Of a stretch of 64,000 nt of DNA, positions 25,563 through 37,254 are shown one piece after another. Position 1 is the stretch's first letter. The number at the start of each line of letters is the position of its first letter. Both the position numbers and the translations under genes were made by a program. The notes under the pieces are model-generated. The model did not search any database and was not told the origin of the DNA. It saw only the letters and a program-made list of their open reading frames with translations. Location of the stretch: positions 55,676,001 to 55,740,000 of the forward strand of contig OZ024744.1 in NCBI GenBank assembly GCA_964016885.1, read 5' to 3'. The DNA comes from Eledone cirrhosa. Lineage: Eukaryota.

Positions 25563-28500
25563 CCAGCACACTCGCAGAGTTGCCTCAGGTGATGGCGAGG
25601 CTGATGCGCTAAAACAGCCAAGCACCCTCGCAAGATTCGCCAGTCACCTCTATTAGGCGAACCGCCAGTGAGAAAAGGAACCTCGCAGTCAGCGCCCCAC
25701 TCCCCCAAACGTCTCGAAAGCCACAAGCTGAAAAATGTAGCTGGCCGACAGATCAGAGTATTTGAGGGTCTTACTCCGCTCGGCTGCAAAAGCTGTGGCT
25801 CTCATCCTAACCGCAGCATCCAGGATGTGGGAAAGAGCAAGAGTCACTAACAGTGATGTCCCAGACAAGGCACCTACCTCTCGACTAGGGGCACAGGGTA
25901 AGGCCGTCAGGTCTTTTGCCGTTACTTCTGGACACCCCAGTTTGTTCTAAGACTGAGGGGATATTCGCCCGGGCCAAAGCTCTCTTCAGAATGAGGTTTA
26001 GCTCCGTGTGACGCGCAAAGCGGCCGACATTCAGGCAGCAAGAAAGACCGTGGAGGCCTGTAGAGTCAAGGAGTTTGCCGCATCGGCACCTCAAACCCAT
26101 GCAGACGTCAGCTCCCACTCTGAGGGCGATGGAGACACGAAGTTTGTCCAGGCTGAGTAGGCCACCAACGTTGGCCAGGGGTAGGGCATCAACCCAGTCA
26201 CCTGAGTATTTGGCGCTAGCAGATAGTAAGCGACACCTTGTAAACTGACCTGACTGGACGAAGAGGGAGTCGAAGGTGACCTTTGAACTTATGAATAATA
26301 ATAATAATGAAAATATTGTGTACAGTGCTCAGGTGCACTACAACTCATCAAAAAGTGTATGTATAGTACATAGGGTAATGTACAAACGTCAGGAAAATGA
26401 ACAGTGCATGAGTCATGATATACATGTGTGCATGTGTATGGAAGGGGTACATCAAGTGTAGTTTTGGCGAATTTCGGGAAGCATGAGGGTTTTAAAGGAT
26501 GCAGTGTCTCGGCAGCTAACAACTGACGCAGGCAGTTTGTTCCATGCTTCAGCAACTCTGAGCGTGAAAAAATGTTTACGAAAGTCATGGGAGCTGTGCT
26601 GTTTTCTGACTTTTGTAGGCATGTCTACGTGTGTTAGACATGGAGATCAAAAAGGTGCTCAGGGTTGTTGTTGGTGAGATGGTTAATAACTTTGTGGGTG
26701 TTTACTAAGTCCATTACCAGACATCGGAGCTTCAATGAATCCATGCCCAGGGAAGCAAGACGTTCAGAGTATGGTAGGTGTCTGATGGAGGGTATGCGCT
26801 TGGTTGCACGTCTCTGAACAGTTTCCAGGAGGTCAATGTCCTGAGCAAGATAGGGGTTCCAGACTGATGATGCGAATTCCAAGTGTGGTCGTACAATAGC
26901 TGTATACAGCTTTAAATAGATGGCTGGAGAGCGGCTAACAAAGGTCTTGCTGAGTGATGCCAAGACACCCTCGGCCTTCTTGACAATCTTAGAGACATGC
27001 TTTATCCAACGCAAATCACTGCTGACACTAATGCCCAGGTCACGTTCACAAGAGGACTTCTTGATATCTTGATATATTATGCTGTCCCAAGTTCTCTGAC
27101 TTTGACTGTCCTCCACCTTCTCAGGAAGAGACAAGCCCAACTCACTCCATTGCTGGAGAGCTTCACCCAACTCTCTGTTGGAACTAGTCCATGTTGGAGA
27201 GGAGAGGATGCTGCTCACGTGGGTAGAGGAAAGGAAGCAGGGGAGAGAGAGGGACGAACACTTACAAAGACCAAGACCTCCAAATCGCTTGGGCAACGCA
27301 GCCTGATCGCGGGACTCTGGAGAGAGTCTAACATTGACCAGGCACTCGAGTCTCTCGAAGATTAGGTCGTCGAAGTGTTGGAGGCAGGACGGAAATCTGT
27401 GAGAGGGCCTGACCCTGAGCAGATACAGAAGCTTAGGAATGGATAGGTAGTTCCTGAGTATGAAGAAACCTTGATGGGGTTCGATAATTTCGATATTCCT
27501 CAGCAGCTGCTCAAGGCCAACCATCTTTGATTGGAAAATTGACTCGAAGGCCAGGTCTGTGACAGGGGCTCCTAAGGAGCACCAAACCAACGGGGGAGGG
27601 ACCGCGATGGAAGGGAAGGACTCTGCAAATAGGTTGATTAGCTGTTGGTGTTGAGAAGCCGGGTGGTTGAGGATCCAGAGCTCACATTTGGAGCTATTGA
27701 TCTGGAGACCCCGGTGGCCAAGCTCCTCAACCATCTTGTTGGCAGTAGCGAGACCCATATCCGGAGTTCCCCCCCAAACAGGCTTCATCGAGGTACCAGA
27801 CATTGAGATCCAACTCAACCCCCATCTTGGTGACATCATCAATGCCCAGTGCAAACAGAGCGGGCCCAAGTGGGTCACCCTGTTGGACTCCTGAGGCAGA
27901 GGTGATGATTTGGTCACCGAAAGAGAGGTAGGAGGGCTCTCGATAAGCCTGCCAAGCAAAGTGGTAGAGTTGTGGGACCCTTTTTCTTACTGAGCTGAGG
28001 GCGATGTCGCGGCTGACGGAGTTGAATGCATTCTTGAGGTCAAGTTTGAGGATGACCTTGGGGGATGAGGAGGGCAAGTTGGTAAATGCTCTGGTAACGT
28101 GGACAGCAGCCTCACATCCCAACCTGGTACCCACCCCCAGCTGGATGGGGGAAAATTCCTCCGCCAGTGAGTTGGAGACCAACAGCAAACACGCCTTTGC
28201 AGTGAGGCGGCGAAGAGTGCAGCCAACCGCAATGGGGTGCAGGGCCCCGTTGGGCTTGGTGAGACCAAATAGCTTCGCACCAAAGAACTGTGGGCGGATG
28301 ACCGGGAGAACGTTCAGTGAAAAGAACTGATTCACAAACTGAGTCAGACTCTCCAAGAGCTCGAGTCCGGCATCACCGGCCGATAAGGAAATACCATCCT
28401 TGAGGTGTTGAGGACGAAGGCTGTCAATTCCCGCACCTGACCCAGCGGGGAAGGATGAAATCGCCTTTCTGATGATATCGGGGGTGTAAACCGGTCTCAA

Positions 28501-29290
28501 GTATTCTGGTGGTTCGGGCCAGTGCAGCTGATCATCTGGGGGTGCCGATGGGTGCTTCTCTTTCAGACGTTCAAGAGAATCAGAGTTGCACGGAGCGAGG
28601 GAGGACAGAGAAGAGAGGAGAAGAACAGCCCCTTTAATGTCAAATTTGCTGAATTTGGCATTGACCCCTCACCTAAGGTCTACCAGTTGTTTGTTGGTGG
28701 ACACCGAGCTTGATGTCTAACTGAGATGAGACGTGGTTGGGGTGGTCTCAAACAGCTGGAACTGCCGCTTGAGAGAAGACGTGAGGGAACCCGAATTCGC
28801 ATTGTGCACGTGAAGAGAGATGAGAGGAAACAAAAACAATTTCTGCAGTCAGATCTATTGTTGGATGAGCAAATATTTTTCAATAAATTAGAGAGGGCAC
28901 GTGCAAAGATCTCCTTTAGGGATCCAGTTAACGAGCTTTGATTTGGAGAAGCCCTGAAGGGCTGTGGCAAAATCCTTGGTAGAGAGTTGGTCATCGAAGT
29001 GTGGGGCATCCCCACGGAATACATTGGAGCTGAAATGGCACCGATTACAGGTCCAGTGTTGAAGCCTTTCGGCTTGACCTTTGGTGATGCCGACACAGCT
29101 TCTGTGGTAGCTTGCGTGGCATAGGTGACATTTAATTGTCTTTAAGTATCGGCTAGTGCAGGCACAGAGACCGCAATCAGGTGGTGGGCTGGCAGCAGCC
29201 GACAGTAGAGGGCCAGCGTTGAAATTCGGTGGAGGGAGTGAGTCAGTAAAGGAGGCAGGAATATTGAAAGAAATCAGGAAATTGAAAATT
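25563..29290 (-). mobile_element. CRE-clade non-LTR retrotransposon (RT plus restriction-like endonuclease), frameshifted
   Basis: HPIAVGCTLRRL, QLGVG..GCEAAVH, LDLKNAFNSV, GVQQGDPLGP, WYLDE; C-terminal CRCG...HGLSC, RH, KRPDG, WDIT; 5' boundary approximate. Confidence 0.85.
26294..27076 (-). mobile_element. CR1-group LINE 3' fragment nested in the CRE element, 5-bp TSD TTATG
   Basis: VRPHLEFASSVWNP; (TTA)n tail; TTATG at 26289-26293 and 27077-27081. Confidence 0.88.
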
Positions 29291-29410
29291 TAACACTTAT
29301 CTTCGCTCTGCCTTCAACACTAATGGATGTTTTTTTGAAACTCACATCTCAGCATTGCTTAACACAACGATCTCCTAACACAGATTTTTATCATACACAG
29401 AAATACACAG

Positions 29411-29595
29411 ATAATTGTTTCTACTTTAGGCACAAGGCCAGCAATTACCCAGTGCATTACTGGTACTTTATTTTATCAACCCCGTAAGGATGAAAGGCAA
29501 AGTCAACCTCGGCGGGATTTGAACTAAGATCATAAAGGGACGTAACTATGCTGGAAAGCATAGTGTCCGACCCTCTACCGATAATGCCAATCCAC
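29411..29595 (-). mobile_element. Nin-domain SINE
   Basis: Reverse complement of the 15357 family. Confidence 0.85.
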
Positions 29596-29775
29596 TGCCT
29601 TGAAATACACAGATAATGCCATCCTATATAAGAAATTATGTATATATATATATGCACACACATACATACATGTAGACACACACTCAACACCCATATATAC
29701 AGCTATATATGATCATACACATCAATATGTATTTATATATATATATATACATATTTATTAAAATAACAAATTAAA

Positions 29776-29824
29776 GTTTAAGCAAAGAATCGCTGCTTTC
29801 ACCCTTAGCGGGATCTTCTGAAAC
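29776..29824 (-). ncRNA. Hammerhead-like motif with variant core CAGAAGA
   Basis: GUUU CAGAAGA UCCC GCUAA GGGU GAAA GCA..UGC UU^AAAC; relatives at 16946-16994 and 57565-57613. Confidence 0.5.
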
Positions 29825-30124
29825 ATTTATTATTATTACTATATATGCACATATATATGTATATATATATATATATGTAAAAGGTAAACAGAAATAACAA
29901 CACAATCGATACAGTATATGAAAGGGATATATTAGGTTAACGCTTGAAATAGCAGGAAAGAATGAGAAATAAGATAGACTGAGGGGATGGGCGGGCTGGA
30001 ATTGGAAAAGATGTCTTTAGATAAAAATAACAGGTCTGACTATATATGAACATCCAAATGAGCAACCCAGCGTTGCTTAACACAGCGATCTCCTAACACA
30101 GCTTTTTATCATACACAGAAATAC

Positions 30125-30166
<42 letters not shown>

Positions 30167-30170
<4 letters not shown>

Positions 30171-30484
30171 CTGGTAAAAGGATGATCAACACTAATAAGC
30201 GATATAATAGGGTTTTATTCCAAACATTAACATATGTTTCATTACCTTATAAGCAATTAATTCTTGTCTTGAAACTGCTATCATCACTATTGTGAAATTC
30301 CATTTTAAATACACAAAACAATGTAGTCACTAAGTGAATTATCAAAATACTGAATTTCACAATAGTCAATTGATTATTGATTATAGCGGTTTCAAGGCAA
30401 GAATTAATTGCTTATTAGGTTAATGCTTGGAATAAAACCCTATTATATCGCTTATCAGTGTTGATCATCCTTTTACCTGTTATA
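30167..30484. repeat. Fold-back palindrome beside (TA)n, Penelope-terminal-repeat-like
   Basis: Arms TAACTGGTAAAAGGATGATCAACAC.../...GTGTTGATCATCCTTTTACCTGTTA; minus arm has GAAACAUAUGUU. Confidence 0.8.
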
Positions 30485-30689
30485 CTTACTCCAAGAACTA
30501 CTAATCATGGAACTTTCAGGAATCTACCCTCCAAAAACATAAGTAAATATCTTGTTGAGTCAACTACCACCATACACTGAAATAATCCTCAGTACAGATT
30601 ACTCGTAACCTGAGTTTAGGTAACCTTAAATGATATCTTGTTCACTTTGATATATATATACATATATACACACACACACATATATATAG

Positions 30690-31190
30690 CCACGGAGTAG
30701 GCAGACCCAGAAAAACCTGGGACGACTTGATAAATTCCGACCTCACCAAGACAATGTCACTGGACCGAGATCTTTGGCGCTACACAGTAATAGAGAAGAC
30801 CCGCCTTACCTAAATACAAAGTAAAACCTACTACAGTCAGTAGGCACCTCTAACAAAATACACCCCCGTCCCACTACCCCCACCCCATCCACACCACCCC
30901 GTTCTATGTAAAGTTATGTTGGTACCACAACATCCAGGCCGAAACAAATGAGGTCGTGTAGGTGTCACGACAAAAAAACACACAGTCCACGCTGTAATGT
31001 GGCCGTGTAGGTAACATGGTAAAAACCTCCCAGTTCCACACTGTAAATGTGGTTGGTGTTAGGAAGGGCATCCAGCCATAGAAAACCCGCCAGACAGTCC
31101 TATGCGAACAAGACAACAACTCTTGCCTCAAGTGGGAAAACTCCCGTCCAAACCCATGCAAACGTGGAATATGGACGTTAAACGATGATG
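30690..31190 (+). mobile_element. RTE-tailed SINE-like element
   Basis: GGAAGGGCATCCAGC and (GAT)n tail; close inverted copy at 36671-37130. Confidence 0.85.
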
Positions 31191-31194
31191 AATC

Positions 31195-31705
31195 ATCATC
31201 ATCATTTTTATCTCCTTATTTTCATGCTTGCATGAGTTGGATGGGTCCTTCTCAGCACAGCATCCCTCCACTTGTCATGATCCTTTGTCATGTCCATGAG
31301 TCTCAGTAATTTGAGGTCATCTCTCATAATCTCTGCCCAGGTCCTTCTTGGTTTACCTCTACTGCACCTTCCTTCCATTGTCATTTCCTGGCATTTCTTC
31401 AACCAATGATCATTTCACTTGTGCATCACATGTCCATACCAATGCAGTCTCTCTCCTGCACATAGCTCATGTTTCACTACCATGCAGCATCGCACTTTGC
31501 GCATAGGCGTCATACAGTCATCCTTTAGTATGTAGGGAGAAACCTTTTGCGGTCAACAGTGGGAGTAGCTCACTGAACTTTTCCCATCCTATCTTTATTC
31601 TAGCTATTATACTCTCAGAGCATCATCCTCCATTAATAATTATGTCACCAAGACAGCAGAAGCTATCAATCACCTCTATGGATCCTTCCTGCGAATGGAA
31701 GGATA
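31195..31705 (-). mobile_element. RTE LINE 3' fragment
   Basis: EGRCSRGKPRRTW; (GAT)n tail. Confidence 0.85.
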
Positions 31706-31752
31706 TATATGGCCATACTCGATAATGAGGGGGCAACCATCATATATATATG

Positions 31753-32292
31753 TGATGGCTGCCCCCTCATTATCGAGTATGTCCATTGCATGATATACCA
31801 TTATTAATAATTATTAATTAATTCTATCGTACAATGCCTGTGCGTGAAGCATATTTTTAAAGTGAGGAAAGACTGTGCACTGAGCCAATCCCGCTCTCTG
31901 AGCCGCAGGTTTTACATCGGAGTTATCCCAGTTTCCTGAGTTGCCTTCTCATAGAAGAATGCCTTGACAAAGCTAGGGGTCCTTCACTCCCAGTGTTTTA
32001 ACCGCCCGACTATTTCTATGTCCCCGCACATATACATACACATCCACCCATGTATATACACATATACATACATATGTACATGTGTATACACATATTTATA
32101 CACTTTTGGATGGCTGTTGACTCTTATGAGTTCTTCCGCCCTTTGTCAGGTTTTGTTTTTTGTCCTGCAGGGTGTCCAAAATCACCCTCCTCACCAAGTA
32201 AACTTGGTCGGGTTGCCGGTTTAGTCACCGACAACCATGCGACAGGTTGTACTGGGTTACATGTTACCAGTAGCACTCAAGAGTGACCTGAC
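31753..32292 (-). mobile_element. Bipartite RTE-like non-autonomous element
   Basis: 5' part matches 49747-49937; 3' tail ATACTCGATAATGAGGGGGCAGCCATC resembles 50325-50353. Confidence 0.65.
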
Positions 32293-32319
32293 ATAATATA
32301 TATATACATACATACACAC

Positions 32320-32780
32320 TACCACCAAATGAGCCAACGGAGACTAACAAAGTCACTAAGGAGATGAGAAATGGTAAAACTGTTGGACCATCAAAGATAG
32401 TTGTTGATGAAGTAAGAGTTGAGCTAGTCATACACATAGTCAAATAAGTAATATATGATGATGCCACATCCAATTACTGGCATAGTAATATACTTATTAA
32501 TTGTTACAAGAGAAGGTGATACTCTAGAAGGCATAAAACTAATGGATCAAGTTATGAAAGTGACAAATAGTTCTAGCACAGCTAATTAGGGAAAGAATCA
32601 AATTAGATAAGATGTAGTTTGGTTTTGTGTAAGTGAGAAACATTTCATATTCTCCCTTTATAGTGTGGCAACCGCAACAGAAGTTCTTGCTTAAGACCCT
32701 CTTCCTGCTATTTCAAGCGTTAACCTAATATATCCCTACCATATACTGTACCGAATATGTTGTTATTTCTGTTTACCTTT

Positions 32781-32815
<35 letters not shown>

Positions 32816-32926
32816 CGAAGGAAATGTGGTAATGAACCAGGTGGACCATAACGCACCAAAGTACTCAATACTTGAGGTAGTAGAGTGGGTAATAGGAACC
32901 AGTAAGACCCCGGGGTCTTACTGGTT

Positions 32927-32981
<55 letters not shown>

Positions 32982-34175
32982 TGGTGTGTATGATTATATA
33001 TAGCTTTATATATGGGTTTGGAGTGTGTGTCTACATGTATGTATGTGTGTGCGTATATATATATATATATACATAATTTCTTATATAGGAAGGCATTCTG
33101 GAGAATGCCTTCAACAGAGTACCACAGAATGCCAACTGGTGGTCCTTGAAGAAACCGAGTATAAAAAAAAAAGCTTGTGAGAGCAGTTCAAACCAAGTAC
33201 AGAAGTATAGTCAACAAAGTAGGTACTGAGTTTAGTGAGGAATTCAATAAGCAAGTAGGAGTTTATCAGGGATTAGTCATCAGCCCTCATCTGTTTATTA
33301 TAGTTCTCTGAAAGTTTAAGACTGACTATCAATAAGAATACTGTATGCTTATGACTTGGTTCTTGTAGCTAAATCAGTAGAAGAGCTAGAGAAGAAATTC
33401 TATCTGTGGAAACAGAACTTAGAGTCTTAGAGTAAACTTGGGAAAAACCAAAGCTTCAATAAGCAAGAAAGAAGATGGAACCCTGATCTAACCAGGGAAG
33501 TGGCCATGTTCAATATATAGAAAAGGAATAGATAGAAACTATATAATGTACACAAGAAGTGTAGTGGGAAGAGAAAAGCTAGGCTCTATACGTAGAAGAT
33601 ATACAAGGATAGTTAGTAGTAAAAGTATCAGAGAAATATACTTTATCCAATCACGAGAAAGCTCCATATAAGTTGTTGATAGCTTATGTTAACTTGGTGA
33701 CCAAATTATCAGTGGAGAAGGATGCTCAGAGAGCATAGTAGCTAGAATAAGAACAGGATGGAGAAATTTCAGTGAGCTAATGTCTCTGTTGACAATAAAA
33801 TGTCTCTTGTCTAATGAAAGGCTAGATGCTTGTGTGTGATGTATGATGATGCATGGTAGTGAGACATGAGCAGTGAATGCAGAGGTTGTATGAAGGCTGG
33901 AGATGTGCTATACCAAGAGTGTGAATAGCAAAGCAAGAATGGGCTGAGAGAAAAACTAAATATAAGAGGAATCAGGTGTAGTGGGCAAGAGGTGCCAAGA
34001 AATTCCAGTGGAATAAGGCTGTAGTAAGGAAAGACCAAGGAAGACCTGGCTAGAGGTGGTGAGAGCTGATTTCAAATCATTAAAGCTCACAGAAGAAGGG
34101 AAAAATAAACATAACAAGTGGAAGGATTCTGTGCAGGAAAAGACTCATCCAACTCATTCAAGCATTAAAAAACAG
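32320..34175 (+). mobile_element. Old RTE LINE remnant with an insertion at ~32697-33098
   Basis: Decayed collinearity with 60900-62640. Confidence 0.75.
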
Positions 34176-34179
34176 TTGA

Positions 34180-34545
34180 ATTCCATCTGTCTAACATCCG
34201 TGGACATGCTTACAAAATCAGAAAACAGCACAACTCCAATGACTTTCAGAAACATTTTTTCACACTCAGAGTTGCTGAAGCATGGAACAAACTACCTGCA
34301 TCAGCTGTTACTTGCTGAGACACTGCATCCTTTAAAACCTCCATGCTTCCCGAAATTCGTCAACACTACACCTGATATTGCCCCTCCATACACATGCACG
34401 CATGTGTGTGTGTCTGTGCGTATATCATGACTCATACATTGTTCACTTTCCTGACATTTGTACATTATTCTATGTACTATACATACACCTTTGATGAGTT
34501 GTAGTACACCTGAACAGTGTATGCAATAATTTTCATTATTATTAA
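34180..34545 (+). mobile_element. CR1-group 3' end
   Basis: Same 3'UTR as 24600-24940. Confidence 0.85.
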
Positions 34546-34908
34546 AATGATGATGGTGATGATGATGAAGTTGTAGGGATCCAACAACAACAGGCAACAT
34601 CTTGCCTGCATTCAATTTCAAAATCATTCATGCTGGGTTGGATTGAGTTCTTTTCAGACCTTATGTACTGCATTTAAAAGATTATGGTGTCTTTCTCTGG
34701 ATATAAACACTGCAAACATTTTTTTTTTATAATTACAAATACATTTAATTTTAATAATCACTTGATACCCTAAACATATGTTTATTTTGTTTAATGGCTT
34801 ATACAGCTCTGACACACTCGTAAAGTCATCTCAATACTGATATGAAAAATAAAACAGTTTATGTGTGCAGACTAAAACAGTACACCATATACACTCTGTA
34901 TAAATTAC

Positions 34909-35057
34909 CTTTCCATTTTACATAGAACAGGCCCATGACATTATTCTTGTCATTCCTCATCTTTCTAACCCTCTGCTCCTTACCAATGGCATCCTTCAAA
35001 TCCGTCCTCCATAGGGTAAAGAGGCCTTTTAAGTTGAATCGTTGACTAACAACCTCC
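34909..35057 (-). CDS. Probable internal host-gene exon: EVVSQRFNLKGLFTLWRTDLKDAIGKEQRVRKMRNDKNNVMGLFYVKWK (Sfi1-repeat-like)
   Basis: Not repeated in this window; 49 open codons; CTAG acceptor (alternative TTAG 12 nt upstream); strong donor AAG|GTAATT; F/Y-x-x-W-R/K motifs 32 aa apart. Confidence 0.55.
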
Positions 35058-35589
35058 CTAGTATTGGTACTAACTTAAAATTCACTCCAATCATCATCAT
35101 CATCATTTTACATCTCCTTTGATGATGATTGGAGTGAATTTTAAGTTAGAACCAATACACTGACTAAAGTGGTTGGTATTAGGAAGAGCATCTAATCAGA
35201 AATTATGATAAGAATGGTTGAGATGACATTCTAATCATAACACAGCAATCTGGTGGCACGAAAAATGCACCGAGTACACCCTGCTAAGTGGTTGCTGATA
35301 CGGAGGGCATTCACCTGTAGAATCTATACCAAAAACAAGACAGAGAGTACTTATCATTTGTATTAAGGACATAACAACCTTTCCAGGCTTGATGAAATAC
35401 ATGATAAACTCACCCAATATAATCTGTAAAGTGGTTGGTGATAGGAAGAGTATCAAGCCATAAGAAATAGGCCAAACAACCCTATATGTGGTAGCTGTAC
35501 ACTTAGCAATAGTTTCAGATCTACAACAACTATATCCCCATCATATACACATCATTCATATGCATTTAAAATAATATATATATATGAAG

Positions 35590-36206
35590 CTTGAATGCTC
35601 CACTGGATGTGTAATAGTAATATACGTGAATGGCAAAGTATAAACAAACTGAGAGAGAAACTAGGCATAAGAGGAATCAGATGCAGTGTGCAGAAGAGGA
35701 AATTGCGTTGGTATTGACATGTGATGCATATAAAGGTTGACAACTGCTTAAAAAGGTGCAGAGCACTCAAAGTTGATGGAAGCCTTGAACTTGGGATGAG
35801 GTGATAAAAGCTGACCTTGGCCAATTACACCTCTGAAAGGCGATGATACAGGACAGAGATCTCTGGCATTACAGAAGACCCAACTTCCCATGGGCACAAC
35901 CTGAAGCTGAAGCATATACACACTGAATGCCCTCCACCGCCCACTGAAAAGTGGTCGTGTAGGTATCACAACAAAAACATCCAGTACTCACTGTGAATGA
36001 GGTTGACATTAGGAAGGGCATCCAGCTGTAGAAACCATGCCAATTTCAGTCTTGTATGAGCAAGACATGGTCAACTGACCTAGCATTGCCCACAACAGGA
36101 CAATTTATCTAACACATGCTAGCGTGGAAAAATTGTTGTAAAATGGTGATGATACATATATATATACACACGCACTCATATATATAATATATAATATATA
36201 TATACC

Positions 36207-36237
<31 letters not shown>

Positions 36238-36645
36238 GCCTATATATATATATATATACCTATATATATATATATACCCCTAAAAGCCGACCTTACCCAA
36301 TTGCACCTCTCAAAGGCGATGGCACACAACCGTGACCTCTGGCGTCACGCAGTAATACAGAAGACCCGACCCCCCCATGGGTACAAGCCGAAGCTGAAGC
36401 ATATAGACAATATGTCCCCACTCCCTCCCACTACAAAGTGGATGTGTAGGCGCCATGGAAAAAAGCACCCGGTACTCACTGTAAATGAGGTTGGTGTTAG
36501 GAAGGGCATCCAGCTGTAGAAATCAAGCCAGAATCAGTTCCTGTCTGAGCAAGACATAGTCAGCCGACTGAGCACTGCCCACAACAAGACAACCCATCTA
36601 ACCCATGCTAGCTTGGAAGAACGGACGTAAAACGGTGATGATGAT
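35590..36645 (+). mobile_element. RTE 3' remnant followed by two RTE-tailed SINE-like copies
   Basis: GGAAGGGCATCCAGCTGTAG at ~36012 and ~36500; GAT tails. Confidence 0.75.
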
Positions 36646-36670
36646 CATCATCATATATATATATATACAT

Positions 36671-37130
36671 ATCATCATCGTCATCATCATCGTTTAACGT
36701 CCATCTTCCATACTTGCATGGGTTTGGACGGGAATTTTCCCACGTGAGGCAAGATTGGTTGTCCTGCTTGTATAGGACTGTCTGGCGGGTTTTCTACGGC
36801 TGGATGCCCTTCCCAACACCAACCACGTTTACAGTGTGGAACTGGGAGGTTTTTACCGTGTTACCTACACGACTACATTACAGCGTGGACTGTGTTTTTT
36901 TGTCGTGACACCTACACGACCTCATTTGTTTCGGACTGGATGTTGTGGTACCAACATAACTTTACATCGAAAGGGGTGGTGTAGATGGGGTGGTGGTGGT
37001 GGGATGGGGTGTATTTTTGTTAAGAGGTGCCTACTGACTGTAGGTTTCGCTTTGTACTTAGGCAAGGCGGGTCGTCTGTATTACTGTGTAGCGCCAAAGA
37101 TCTCAGTCCAGTGACATTGTCTTGGAGAGA
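36671..37130 (-). mobile_element. RTE-tailed SINE-like element
   Basis: Reverse complement of 30745-31190. Confidence 0.85.
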
Positions 37131-37254
37131 TATATATGTGGCAATACAGAAGACCCAACTTCCCATGGGCACAGGCCGAAGCTGAAGCATATATACAGTA
37201 TGGACCACCCCAACCCACCCTCCCCCCATACATCTCTCACAAGCACAGGCCGAA

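Noticed and set aside
26634-27959. 441-aa ORF as a novel gene
   Set aside because: Chance in-frame fusion of CRE and nested CR1 fragments
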